This document shows, piece by piece, positions 8,540 through 18,961 of a stretch of 64,000 bases of DNA. Position 1 is the first letter of the stretch, and each line of letters begins with the position of its first letter. This DNA is from Candidatus Heimdallarchaeota archaeon (lineage in GTDB: Archaea > Asgardarchaeota > Wukongarchaeia > Wukongarchaeales > JBHIFL01): NCBI GenBank assembly GCA_046761065.1, contig JBHIFL010000004.1, positions 15,687-79,686 of the forward strand. Direction: 5' to 3'. A program made the translations under genes and the position numbers. The notes below the pieces were generated by a model. That model did not search any database and was not told the origin of the DNA. It worked only from the letters and a program-made list of their open reading frames with translations.

Positions 8540-8779
8540 CTATTTTTCGCTTTCGACTTCTTTTTCTGCTGGACCTGATCCTGCAATCTTCTGATAGTGC
8601 TCGTCACACAGCATCACACGTTGAAACGCATGAGGAAGCACCCTAATTTTAGCTGGCTTGCCACATCCCTCGACCGTGCAGAGACCACCACCGAATCCAA
8701 TATGAATTTAGGTGTTTATGTCAGCACCGGTCCACACAACAGGCTTTTCTTCTTCTTCATTTGACAAGGAAATCACCAT
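8540..8779 (-). pseudogene. Small C-x4-C...C-x2-H zinc-finger protein with an in-frame TAA (not in ORF track)
   Basis: MVISLSNEEEEKPVVWTGADINT*IHIGFGGGLCTVEGCGKPAKIRVLPHAFQRVMLCDEHYQK...EK*. The stop is at 8710-8708. GGTGA lies upstream of an alternative TTG start at 8767. Confidence 0.55.
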
Positions 8780-8962
8780 TGACCTACTTGAGTGCAGCGA
8801 TCCGTTCAATTCCCAAGGTGTCTATAATGTACACTCCATAATACAATAATAAGTCTTGGTGATTAAACTCCACGTTTTGTACGAAATGGATTTTTAGTAT
8901 TCTAGAATGATTGCCGTTTAAGAATGTTAGAAGGAATTTTATGCAAAATTGTAGAGGTTTAG

Positions 8963-9667
8963 TTATTCAAAGATCCGTTTTTGCAATGTGATTAGTTGGG
9001 TTTCAGCGTTATACCCTATAAAACCAGCATTTGCGAGGTCATGCACGGCTGCAAGAACCACTGCAGGCTCATAACCAGAAGTTTTTGTGATTTCCTGGCG
9101 TGTCATGCCAACAGCTCCTTTGGCGCCATGCAAGAGCCAGAGAATTCGAATGTGCGGTCGAGCAGCATAGATATCTTCGAGCAGAGCAACATAAAGCGAC
9201 AACAGTTGCCGCACATCCAATGTTGCTTCTTCTTTTGCTTGGATCGATTTGAATTCTGTAGAGATACTTTCAAACTGTTTAAGTAACGCGTCATAATCCG
9301 CGGCTTTTTTGTGGAGTTCATCCTCTAACGAGCTTTTCTCGGTAGTTAATGACTTTCTTTCGTTTTCAAGCGCTTTTGATCGGTTTTCAAGTGTCTTGAT
9401 TTTGTCATCCAAGTCTCGAATAGTTGCTAACTTTTCTTCTAATTCACGACTCTGTTTTATGACCAGATCACGAAGTGGAGTGATTTTGGAATGGACATCC
9501 TGAAGCGACTGTGTTGCAGTTTCTATTGATGACAAGATCTCTTCTAGTTCGGGAATTTCACTCAAGGTGGAACGCTCCTGAGAATGTGCTTTTTGTGATG
9601 AATTTGTTTCAAGAAATAGAAGTGGACCTATACTTAAAACATTATCGGGTTTGGCGGAGACATGCAC
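8963..9667 (-). CDS. Coiled-coil protein with C-terminal winged helix
   Basis: Long heptad region followed by RILWLLH...MTRQEITKTSG...VLAAVHDLANAGFIGY. Confidence 0.8.
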   Translation of the reverse strand: MHVSAKPDNVLSIGPLLFLETNSSQKAHSQERSTLSEIPELEEILSSIETATQSLQDVHSKITPLRDLVIKQSRELEEKLATIRDLDDKIKTLENRSKALENERKSLTTEKSSLEDELHKKAADYDALLKQFESISTEFKSIQAKEEATLDVRQLLSLYVALLEDIYAARPHIRILWLLHGAKGAVGMTRQEITKTSGYEPAVVLAAVHDLANAGFIGYNAETQLITLQKRIFE

Positions 9668-9697
9668 CTAATAGGACTTCATTGACATGTATCAATT

Positions 9698-10639
9698 TTA
9701 CAGGGATGTCCAGCCACAACAAGCCATTGGGCACTTTTGCCATTTTTCTTCGGCATTAATAATCTGTGAAATCACTCCGTTTGGCATCATATCGCCATCT
9801 AGAGTGAGTAATTTGCCAATTATGCCTATATCTTGCTTGCTCAGCTCTGGGAGATTGGACCATCCTTTGAATTGGCCAGTTGGGGTAATACAAAGTCGGG
9901 TGGAATATTGGCATTTCGCTCCACAAGCACAAGTAGTTGGTGAGATAAAGACTTCTCCAGTTCGGAGATTCACGTGAAACCTATATCGTGATTTTACAAG
10001 TGGGACTGTGTCTATTTCGATATAATAACCGAGAGCCTTTATGATCTGTTTGAGCGGTTCAAGATTTCTCGAAGGGTTATAATCCTGATAAGCCGTTTCA
10101 AGCATAAGATCAGCTAAATACTGAAATACTCTAATAATATCGTCCTGAATAGTGGTTCTAACTTCTTGGTAGTGAGCAGAATGGTGGTGAGCAAGACGAC
10201 ATGCTTTGTTCGCTTGAAATTGCCTACCTGAAGGGGGATCTACGCAACCTACCACTAGTTTTGTTGCAGAACATGCGTTTTTTTCGATAAGTGGGAGCCA
10301 ATAATTGGAAACACGTTCCAATTGCTATCGTTGATTGACATCTATTACTATGACGCAACCAGAGGCGCCTTTTAAAAATGATGGAATGATATTAGCGAAC
10401 CGCGAGCCACTATGAAGGACCCATAACTGGAGTTTCACCATATGTTCTATTTCACGCTGAACGGAGAGAACACTGACCCCAAAATCTATGCCAAGAGTTT
10501 TCTTGGATGATGTGGATAATGAGATTGGAGAGAGTATTGCGAATAGAGCATCTTTTAAGGATTCACTTTCACCCATGAGTAAGGTTTTGAATAAAATCGT
10601 ATTAAACACGATAATCACTTTTTTGGGATATGAAGCCAC
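9698..10639 (-). pseudogene. Rab-like pseudo-GTPase plus Cys-containing C-terminal domain, split by a single in-frame TAG
   Basis: ORFs 10325-10639 and 9698-10321 are in the same frame: ...KGASGCVIVIDVNQR*QLERVSNYWLPLIEK... TLGIDF and KLQLW are retained, but G1 (GESESLKD), G3 and G4 are degenerate. Confidence 0.7.
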
Positions 10640-11304
10640 TCAAGGGAATTCCTCTGTTCTTATCTCTATCCTCATCAATGAACCACAAAAGGAGCATCTT
10701 TCTGGTCCGGTCAGCAGAGGCTCCGTGTCTTCTTTGAAGCAGTACAAACTCTCTTTATATCATTCGTATAAAATGATTTTTGATTTGGGAGGGCTATATT
10801 TCTTATTCTAACCTTAAGAAACTGGATTGGCATTATAACTAAAATCTGGGTAATAAAAGATTCTTGTGACTTCTGAATTGAGCTATATAAATGGTTTATA
10901 GATTTAACAACCTACCCTCAAATCATCACACCTGATCTGGTAAAACGCGAGGTTTTTAAGGATCTTTAGGTTGTTTTCACACAATACCAAACTATAGGAT
11001 TTCACCGAACCACCAATATAATTTACATGCATATCATATGGAATTTTTCAGTGGGAAGTTCACCTAAGCTTCCAGACACCTGAATTCTCTTGAAAACCTT
11101 TAATGTATGTAAAGTAATGGCAGGCGCTATAGATTGCAATTCCAAATTGATTCACTACTTTAATATAGAATGTTTTGCATGATGTGGATAGCTCCTAAAA
11201 GACCGAGATCATTCATAAACCTCTCAAGACTCTAATTGCCTTCAACAAAGCTTCAGATCCTAGTCTTCAGAAACCCCATCAGGTAGACTATATTCCAATT
11301 AAAA

Positions 11305-11961
11305 GTGTTCTCAACAAATCCTACCCATATACCAAATATCCTATCAACTACTTGGAAAGACGTGGGACTCAAGATGATAGAACGTAGACCTCTAAAAGAG
11401 ACCCCGGACTACAAACTTAAGATCATCGTAGCTGGAGCAGGTGGTGTCGGCAAAACTACGTTGGTTCATCGCTTCTTGTCGGGTCAGTTTTTAAAGTTCT
11501 CCATGACTATCGGGGTATCATTTCAAACCCACACCCTCGTACTAAAGAACAATAAGACGGTTAAACTAATTATCTGGGATTTAGGAGGGCAAGAACGCTT
11601 CAGACAGATGTCAGTCTTTGAATCATATTGCATAGGGGCCCATGGAATAATTTTAGCCTTAGATATGACAAGTGCAGTGCGTACAATACAAGAATTGAAT
11701 GATTGGACAACTATTGTGCGTGGGGGAGCGCCAAACGCCCCAATAGTCCTCATTGGGACGAAAGCAGATCTCATGATCGAGGGTATTGATCTTCCTCGTG
11801 ATTTGATTGACCACTTCATTGAGGAAAACGACATCCAGGGTTTTTTTGAGACGAGTTCTTTAACGGGACAAAACGTGCAAGAAACGTTTATCCACCTTGT
11901 CAACCTTATTTTAAAACAAAGCAATCTAAGGGGGGAAGCGACCTCAGAGACTGCGATTTAA
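11305..11961 (+). CDS. Rab-like small GTPase
   Basis: GAGGVGKT, TIG, WDLGGQERF, GTKAD, ETSS. The true start may be ATG 11374. Confidence 0.95.
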   Translation: MFSTNPTHIPNILSTTWKDVGLKMIERRPLKETPDYKLKIIVAGAGGVGKTTLVHRFLSGQFLKFSMTIGVSFQTHTLVLKNNKTVKLIIWDLGGQERFRQMSVFESYCIGAHGIILALDMTSAVRTIQELNDWTTIVRGGAPNAPIVLIGTKADLMIEGIDLPRDLIDHFIEENDIQGFFETSSLTGQNVQETFIHLVNLILKQSNLRGEATSETAI

Positions 11962-12027
11962 TTCCAAACCGATCCCATATAGTCAAAAACCCAAGAATTT
12001 TGCATGCTTAGAACTCAATGATAGACA

Positions 12028-12612
12028 TTATATATGATGTTTATAGGTTTGGGAGAGCATTCCTGTAACGACACTCTGTTCAGAGATCTTGAACCCCAGA
12101 CGGTTCAATGCTTCCTCGAGTAAGATTCCAATAAGAAATAACGCCTGATCCGAATACATTGTAGAAACGAAGCGAAGTGAGAGGGTGGATTCAGCCTCTA
12201 AGATAGCGGAAATTTGGTGCATATCAAGGAACAGATCCGTGAGGATCTGTCGGAATGTGATGAGCCAATTTTGAGCAGGGAGGGACGATGCAATGTAGAT
12301 TCCAAGAAATCGTCCACTCTCACGGAATAACTCAGTTACAGTTTCTGGATCATGTTTTAACCCAATATCTATGAGAGAACGGTAGATATGTCCGGGAATA
12401 AAGGTCAACTCAAGTCCTTTCAACCTCATCAAGGTATCAGCAACACTTTTCAGTTTAGGATCAATTTTTTGTTGCGAACTAAAGTCCTGAATAAGCTCTC
12501 GAATGAAGGCACTTCGGTTTCTTACATTCGTTTCTAGCCATTGGAAAGTAGAATGATCCAATACCACTGTAATTTTGTGTTTTTCTTGATTAACTTGATT
12601 TTTTTTTTCCAA
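12028..12612 (-). CDS. Ribbon-helix-helix (CopG-like) regulator with V4R-like C-terminal domain
   Basis: KITVVLD...WLE...NRSAFIRELI RHH pattern, then FRESGRFLG...LEEALNRLGF. Confidence 0.7.
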   Translation of the reverse strand: MEKKNQVNQEKHKITVVLDHSTFQWLETNVRNRSAFIRELIQDFSSQQKIDPKLKSVADTLMRLKGLELTFIPGHIYRSLIDIGLKHDPETVTELFRESGRFLGIYIASSLPAQNWLITFRQILTDLFLDMHQISAILEAESTLSLRFVSTMYSDQALFLIGILLEEALNRLGFKISEQSVVTGMLSQTYKHHI

Positions 12613-12678
12613 AAAGCCACACCTAGCCAGTTTCCCCCTTGGGGAATCCGGGGCAATTTTATCAATTGTGTTTACTTT

Positions 12679-12720
12679 AAAATCATAAAAATCATAAAAA
12701 TATTACTTTTTCATAAAAAG
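12679..12720. promoter_or_regulatory. Tandem AAAATCATA repeats upstream of the RHH gene, possible autoregulatory operator
   Basis: aaaatcata-aaaatcata-aaaatatta...ttcataaaaa, about 70-110 bp upstream of the start codon. Confidence 0.3.
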
Positions 12721-13103
12721 CGTCTAATTATTGTCTTTTTCTGAAAAAAACTCCTCTCTGCTCTTGAAATTTAGAATACATTTATATAGGAGAAGTATTA
12801 TAACTAAAAATGGAGATGCGATTTAAACCGCACAGAATAGCCCGTCTTTTTTCTTTTTTTTATGTGTTGTTTTCACACAGTTTAATGAAATAAGACCTCT
12901 AATACTTTATTATGTGATACTCATGTACTATATTCCTAATGTAAGCTTGAAGTTTTTTCAGAATTGTGATAATACGCAAATGATGTAAGGTATAGAACAT
13001 TATTTAATCACAACCTAATTTGAATATTAATGCCTTTCTCGATTTCAGGTCTTGATAACGCTCAATCAAATGAGCTTTCATCCCTTCTTAAAGGAGCATG
13101 AAC

Positions 13104-14069
13104 CTATACTTCACCAGGCATACGCTTCGTCTTCAAATAATGCTCAACGAACAGTTTACTAGCGCGGTATGAGCTTCGAACCAGTGGCCCCGAAATTACC
13201 GCCAGAAAATCTAGTTCAAGCGCAACCTGTTTCCAGAACTCAAACTTGATAGGAGTGATATATTCAACAACCCTCATATGATGACTTGAGGGTTGCAAAT
13301 ACTGACCAAGGGTCACTATATCCACTTTCACATCCCGGAGTGCTCGTAGCGTGGCTAAAATTTGTTCATCTGTTTCTCCAAGTCCTAACATAATAGAAGA
13401 TTTTGTTAATTGGTGTGGGTTCATCGCTTTGAGTGAATCAAGGACAAACAAAGATTGATGAAATGTGAAACGTCTGTCACGCACTTTGGGAGTTAGAACT
13501 TCAGTTGTTTCAACGTTATGGCCTATCACGTCAGGTTTGCTATCTATAATTGTTTGAATCGCCTTTAAATCGCCTTGGAAGTCCGGAATGAGGATTTCTA
13601 TACGGGTTTGAGGGTTGGCATGCCTGATAGCTTGAATACAATGGCTTAAATGGCTTGCCCCTCCATCACTCAAATCATCCCGAGTGACTGATGTAAGCAC
13701 GACATATCGTAAGCCCAGTTCCGAGACAGCTTGGGCCACTTTTTCGGGCTCTTCAGGATTTAAGGCTTGATGAGGGTGGCCCGACATCACATCACAAAAG
13801 TTGCAGCGGCGTGTACAGAGCGTACCGAGGAGCATAAACGTGGCAGTGCGTGATTCCCAACATTCCGTCTGATTCGGACACAAAGCTTCTGTACAAACCG
13901 TGTGGAGACCTTGCGTTTTTAGTACGGATTTTAACTGGCCATAATTTTTTAGCGTGGGGAACCGGCTTCGGATCCACTTCGGCTTCGGCTGTCTTTTCAA
14001 CGCTTGGACTCTCAGCCGTATACCCCGAATTGTTCCATTAAAGTCTTCTGATTTGGTGTGCAATCCCAT
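13104..14069 (-). CDS. lipA: Lipoyl synthase
   Basis: CTEALCPNQTEC, CTRRCNFC, TSVTRDDL, HNVET, GQYLQPS, GPLVRSSY. Confidence 0.97.
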   Translation of the reverse strand: MGLHTKSEDFNGTIRGIRLRVQALKRQPKPKWIRSRFPTLKNYGQLKSVLKTQGLHTVCTEALCPNQTECWESRTATFMLLGTLCTRRCNFCDVMSGHPHQALNPEEPEKVAQAVSELGLRYVVLTSVTRDDLSDGGASHLSHCIQAIRHANPQTRIEILIPDFQGDLKAIQTIIDSKPDVIGHNVETTEVLTPKVRDRRFTFHQSLFVLDSLKAMNPHQLTKSSIMLGLGETDEQILATLRALRDVKVDIVTLGQYLQPSSHHMRVVEYITPIKFEFWKQVALELDFLAVISGPLVRSSYRASKLFVEHYLKTKRMPGEV

Positions 14070-14150
14070 CCCTCGAATTGATTAATTATTTAACCAAGTT
14101 TTTTCCAAAAACTCTTGCTATGGGTCTCGAACTATTGAGAAGATCCCTTA

Positions 14151-14972
14151 TCACCTCATGAACAACCATTCATTGCTAGAATACTTTTCTCGAGCTAATT
14201 GGTGTGCAAGTTTAATTTCTCCTTCTGTAGGATCACAAGAAATAAGCTCGATTTCAAGAACTTTCTCAAATCCTTCGATTAAGGCATCTCGGAGCTCAGG
14301 GAAGGTGATCTTTCTTCTGAGTACCTCCTCAATTGAACAGACTTGGGTTCGAACTGACTTGACCATCTTGTTACGCATCGTCTCGTCACTCACTTGTAAT
14401 ACAGAAATCATTTTTTCTACATCAACTTGCCGGAGTAGGGTTCCGTGTTGAAGTACGACCCCTTTTCGCCGAGTTTGCGCATTTCCGGATATCTTTTGCC
14501 CCCCTACTGTTAGGTCATTGATCGACTCTCGTGCATAACAAAGGGCATTTTTTTGATGTTGATTTGCCGGTGGTGATGTCGAAAAGGTGGCAGGGATCTC
14601 TAACAGTTTAAGACCTGCTATAAGGGCTTTACATATCAGTTCATGGCTTTGTAAAATATCTCGGGGGATCAATTTATTGGTTTGAGGTGTTATTAACGAA
14701 TACGTCAATTCGCCAAGAAAATCATGAAATACTGCCCCTCCACCCGTAATCCGGCGGATATAGTCAATCCCCTGCTGCTTACATTCCTTAAGATCTAAAA
14801 CCTCCTCAATCGCTTGAAAATACCCAATTGACACTGCTGAAGGGTTCCATCGATAAAATCGGATCGTCCCTTCCATCTCCCCCCGCTCCTGGGCATATGT
14901 TGTGAGAATTGCTTCATCTAACCCCATATTGTGATAACAATCCTCAATCCGAATGTCAATAAGCCGCCACAT
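14151..14972 (-). CDS. Lipoate-protein ligase A family, LipM-like octanoyltransferase
   Basis: NMGLDEA, RRITGGGAVFHD, KISGNAQ, QHGT. Carries an LCY loop and lies next to lipA. Confidence 0.9.
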   Translation of the reverse strand: MWRLIDIRIEDCYHNMGLDEAILTTYAQERGEMEGTIRFYRWNPSAVSIGYFQAIEEVLDLKECKQQGIDYIRRITGGGAVFHDFLGELTYSLITPQTNKLIPRDILQSHELICKALIAGLKLLEIPATFSTSPPANQHQKNALCYARESINDLTVGGQKISGNAQTRRKGVVLQHGTLLRQVDVEKMISVLQVSDETMRNKMVKSVRTQVCSIEEVLRRKITFPELRDALIEGFEKVLEIELISCDPTEGEIKLAHQLAREKYSSNEWLFMR

Positions 14973-15211
14973 TTGATGGATCCTCCATACATGAAGTACC
15001 TAGGAGCACACCTCTGATGCGTCTACTCCCCTACGTGTATATCCTTTTTAACCTGAGATCATCGTGGAATGAATGGTTCATAACTCCTAGGGTATCAGCT
15101 ACTGCAACCAAGGCCAATAAAACATCGGTTATACTTACACTAAGTACTAAGTCACCAATCCAAAGTTGACTAGTTCGTAAGAAATACATAACTTAATTGG
15201 CAGTATAAAAT

Positions 15212-16039
15212 GTGACGTGGATGTTTGATATCCGAGAATTATGTGAGGACAATATTTGGGATGTTGCTAGCTTTTGCATGAGACAGCCTGAGGAGGAAGT
15301 TGCATATGTCGAAGGAGATAAAGAACGTTACTTTGAAGCGTGGAGGAGAAAACAGAAGTTCCTTTCCCGTAAACTAAAAGATGGTGCATCAGCGCAAATT
15401 GCTTACAAGGCTGGACACCCAATTGGATTCATTGAGTACTATCCGATTGAGTCCTCCAACCTTGAGCTGGTTGACCGAGATATTATGGTAATTTGGTGTA
15501 TAAATGTCAAATACCAGGAGCGGGGAAGAAAAGTGGGGGAACGCCTTCTTCAAGCATGCCTCCTTGATGCGATGCAGAAGAACCGAAAAGGGGTGGCAGT
15601 CACTTGTTGGGATCCCGTCTGGATGCCTAGTGCCTTCTTTAAGAAATACGGGTTCGTGGAAGTTGGAAAAGCTGTGGGGAACGGCGTCGTGCTTTTTAAA
15701 CAATTTGATGAAGTGGAAATTCCTAGATGGATTGGAAGGGGTGGGAGTTATGATGAAGTCAACCAAGTTGAGGGGAAAATAGTTATTGATCTCTTCCATA
15801 CTAATCGTTGCCCTATTCATTGGCGCAATACCGCACTTCTGAAGGATATTGCTGCGGACTTCGGAAAAAACGTCATAATAAATGAAGTTAATGTGGATAA
15901 CCGCGAAAATATGCTGAAACATAAAATTGCATATAGTATTTACCTAAACGGGAAGGTTTTAGCTGCGGGTCCACAAGCCAAAGTAAATGTACTTAGGAAA
16001 AGAATTCAGACTGAATTGGAAAAACTGAACCGGATATGA
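15212..16039 (+). CDS. GNAT-family acetyltransferase with thioredoxin-like C-terminal domain
   Basis: GFIEY, IWCINV..QERGRKVGERLL, FFKKYGF, and a C-terminal RCP motif. Confidence 0.85.
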   Translation: MTWMFDIRELCEDNIWDVASFCMRQPEEEVAYVEGDKERYFEAWRRKQKFLSRKLKDGASAQIAYKAGHPIGFIEYYPIESSNLELVDRDIMVIWCINVKYQERGRKVGERLLQACLLDAMQKNRKGVAVTCWDPVWMPSAFFKKYGFVEVGKAVGNGVVLFKQFDEVEIPRWIGRGGSYDEVNQVEGKIVIDLFHTNRCPIHWRNTALLKDIAADFGKNVIINEVNVDNRENMLKHKIAYSIYLNGKVLAAGPQAKVNVLRKRIQTELEKLNRI

Positions 16040-16341
16040 AAATTCCTCGTACCTTCAAACCTATCCAAGCTAAACCCCAGCAATTTAAGACAAATGAGTA
16101 GAGCAAGATCTTCTAGTTAACTCCCATAAACATATTGAGAGTACCCTACGAAGGAGAAAGATTACACGAGAGAAAGTCCACTTGCTATTTTTCGAGATGA
16201 AGATGATTCCGCCCCTTGATTTTTCTAGTGAACCGACAACTATTTACATATGATTTGGTTTCAGTTGATGAGGAATCAGTATTCTTGCACCATCTTCCCG
16301 TTTGTATTGGTGAATCCCCCTGAATCAAAGAAACCTGAATT

Positions 16342-17577
16342 TTGTGGTTGGAGCCATTGTCTGACAAAAGTCCATTTGATTGGAAACCACTTGTGCTGCC
16401 ACCCCAAGTCATGGCGGGACTTCGCACAAAAAGTATTCTAACCGTGGGGTTAATCAAATTCCATCGACAATGGGGGCCGCTCACGTGGATAGCAGACATC
16501 AGACCAAAGAGCAAAACTAGTGAGTTATTGAAGGACCCTACCCGAAGATCGGAAGTATATGAAGGCTTAGCTTACACAGGGATCGAGTTTCAGGGAATCG
16601 GAAATGAGCAGGTATGCGTAGCCCGGTATGAACGAAGAGAATTCCCCGAATTTCTAACAGATCTCCTACTTTTTGCGGTAGACGAGAAGAAACTTATTGA
16701 GAAGGGGGAAACCCTCTACGGAATCCTAACACTCGCAAAATTGGTGATGAGCCGATCTGAAGGACAAGTAGAAACGCTCCCAAAAACCCTGTGGGAGATA
16801 TTGATCCCTAAATCGGTGGAGATCGAAGAGCTCGAAGAAATCGAAGGTTTTCGAAGGATCCGCGCGCCAATAATGCCTATCCAAGAGTTGGCGCCCGTGC
16901 TTGGCATGATTTTCGTCGACTTGAAAAATAAGAAGTTTATCCGACAGTTCTTTCCAGACATGATTGATGGTAATGACACCTCAGAACTGGAACTCTTCCT
17001 CTTCAGACTAGTTACCAGACAACCCGAACCGCCGTGGAGATTCCCTCCGGCAAAGCCCATAAGTTATCCATGGGGATTCCATATACAGACAGAATGGAAC
17101 GGTTATCATATAACAACCCTCTACTCCAAGTCTTTTGGATCAGCCCTAGTCGCCCTGTCCCGGGAAAAACTTTCGTGGAACTTACTAGTCTGGTTTAATA
17201 TCCTCCTATCCCACCTTGATGTGCTGGGGCTAAACCTTCACGGAGAAACCCTTAAAGAGGTTCTTATCCACATGCTAAGTGTTCAACATTCTGAACCGAA
17301 ACAAGAAAGAGCACAATATTTTCTGGAGATGATGTTAAGATCCAATGAACTTGTCCCACTTTTTCCAAACGCGCAACTTCGATCAGAAGTAAAAAAATTC
17401 CCCAACCGAATCTTCTTTCAACAATATCCCAACGTTGTAGACCTTATCAAAGAAGTGGGGAGCGAGACCATCTATGCACTTTCCGAAAAAATTGGAGTGC
17501 CTCTTAATGAAGTAGTTACCATGATAATCTTCCTTCAATCCAGAGAATTTGTCACTCTACAGCGAGTAGGTACCTGA
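16342..17577 (+). CDS. Hypothetical protein with longin/uDENN-like N-terminus and C-terminal wHTH
   Basis: VGLIKFHRQWGPL (F-x4-GP uDENN-type start) and a terminal IYALSEKIGVPLNEVVTMIIFLQSREFV helix-turn-helix. Confidence 0.6.
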   Translation: MWLEPLSDKSPFDWKPLVLPPQVMAGLRTKSILTVGLIKFHRQWGPLTWIADIRPKSKTSELLKDPTRRSEVYEGLAYTGIEFQGIGNEQVCVARYERREFPEFLTDLLLFAVDEKKLIEKGETLYGILTLAKLVMSRSEGQVETLPKTLWEILIPKSVEIEELEEIEGFRRIRAPIMPIQELAPVLGMIFVDLKNKKFIRQFFPDMIDGNDTSELELFLFRLVTRQPEPPWRFPPAKPISYPWGFHIQTEWNGYHITTLYSKSFGSALVALSREKLSWNLLVWFNILLSHLDVLGLNLHGETLKEVLIHMLSVQHSEPKQERAQYFLEMMLRSNELVPLFPNAQLRSEVKKFPNRIFFQQYPNVVDLIKEVGSETIYALSEKIGVPLNEVVTMIIFLQSREFVTLQRVGT

Positions 17578-17952
17578 GATATTTACAACAAATGAATAGT
17601 GGACGTTCCCTCAAGTAATTACCTATCAACTGGGTTTAGCCGAGAGCACAGGCGAAACATGCCGCTTTCTTGCCGTAGGAATGCCAATTTGTTGTAAGCA
17701 TAGAAGAGGGGGGACAAGATGTGATAATATCAGATGAGCCACTCAAGGCCATCAAGATTATTTTCAAGCTATTAATCTCTTGAGAGTTGAAGGTTAATGG
17801 AAACCATATATTTTTATGTAATGAATCCATTTTGAACCGAAGCCGTCCAAAAAAAGAACTATAAATAGTATAGCTCGCTAAATTTTATTTGTAAATAAAT
17901 TGCATAATGAGATTCGAATGTACTGTTTCCGAACTTAAATTGATAATTCTTG

Positions 17953-18936
17953 CTATATTACATTCATATGCATCTTACCTGCTGCAATTTTGCGTGCTCT
18001 ATCACTTAAGTCTTTCATTATGCTTGAAAAATCTCCTTTTCCCCCATGTACATACTTTTCTTTTTCAGCGACTGCAATAGCCAAAATTACCTCCGTTCCA
18101 TTTTTTTCAGACTCTTTTTCTTTGCCAAAAACAAACAAGCTAGAACCCATAGCGTCAGTTCCACCGAAGAAATCAATAACCATCCAGCCCTCTTTTCTGA
18201 CATTTTCATCAAATCCAAATGTGTGGGTCAAGCCAGTATAGAGGGTCGCCGCAGTCGAGCACATCGCTTCACTTTTCATTTTGGATTCCAAGTACCGGTC
18301 GATATTTATGATATAGTTGTTATCGGTGAAGATAACCGTTGCTTCCATCTTTTTTTTAAAAACCGGATGCCCCAAATCGATTTGTTCAAAAGGCGGTCTC
18401 ATGCCAGTCCAACCGATTATTTTTCTAACCCTTCCGGGATCGAAGTTAAAATCAAAATTTCGAATCTGATCTGCAAAGGCTGAAAAAAAGTTCTCTGCCA
18501 TTTCTCTCAAGAAATAAAGTTGGAATCCTTGTGTGATATCAGGATAATCGATCCAAAACGGACCTTGAATTACCTTAAACCCAATACAGAGGCCTCTTTG
18601 GGGTTCTTGTTTCCAACCCATCTCATCTGTCGATTTTATCCCCATTCGCTTGTCTAACAATATTTGATCGATATTTGAGATTGGTTCGATAACATACTCA
18701 GGAGATATAATAACTTGTATGATTTGCCTTGTCCCTATAGCAGTTACAATTTTGATGTCTCTTTCCAGAAGCTGCGAAAAAGATTTTATTCCAGAGATCA
18801 ATCCTGAAAGGAACATTGGCATGTCTTTTAATTTAGCTTGATCGAAAATGTTCTTTCCTAATGAACAGATTGCTTGGCCATCCAAAGCAAAAATTATGGT
18901 ATCCAACTCACCCATTGGTTCAGTATAACTGCTCAT
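17953..18936 (-). CDS. Hypothetical longin/roadblock-like protein
   Basis: IIFALDGQAI...FLSGLISGIKSF longin-type helix, and a second roadblock-like unit at the C-terminus. Lies directly downstream of a Rab-like gene. Confidence 0.55.
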   Translation of the reverse strand: MSSYTEPMGELDTIIFALDGQAICSLGKNIFDQAKLKDMPMFLSGLISGIKSFSQLLERDIKIVTAIGTRQIIQVIISPEYVIEPISNIDQILLDKRMGIKSTDEMGWKQEPQRGLCIGFKVIQGPFWIDYPDITQGFQLYFLREMAENFFSAFADQIRNFDFNFDPGRVRKIIGWTGMRPPFEQIDLGHPVFKKKMEATVIFTDNNYIINIDRYLESKMKSEAMCSTAATLYTGLTHTFGFDENVRKEGWMVIDFFGGTDAMGSSLFVFGKEKESEKNGTEVILAIAVAEKEKYVHGGKGDFSSIMKDLSDRARKIAAGKMHMNVI

Positions 18937-18961
18937 TGTTTGTCCTCTTGAAAATCATGAT

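Noticed and set aside
17578-17952. Possible gene remnant between convergent genes
   Set aside because: No frame gives a recognisable motif.
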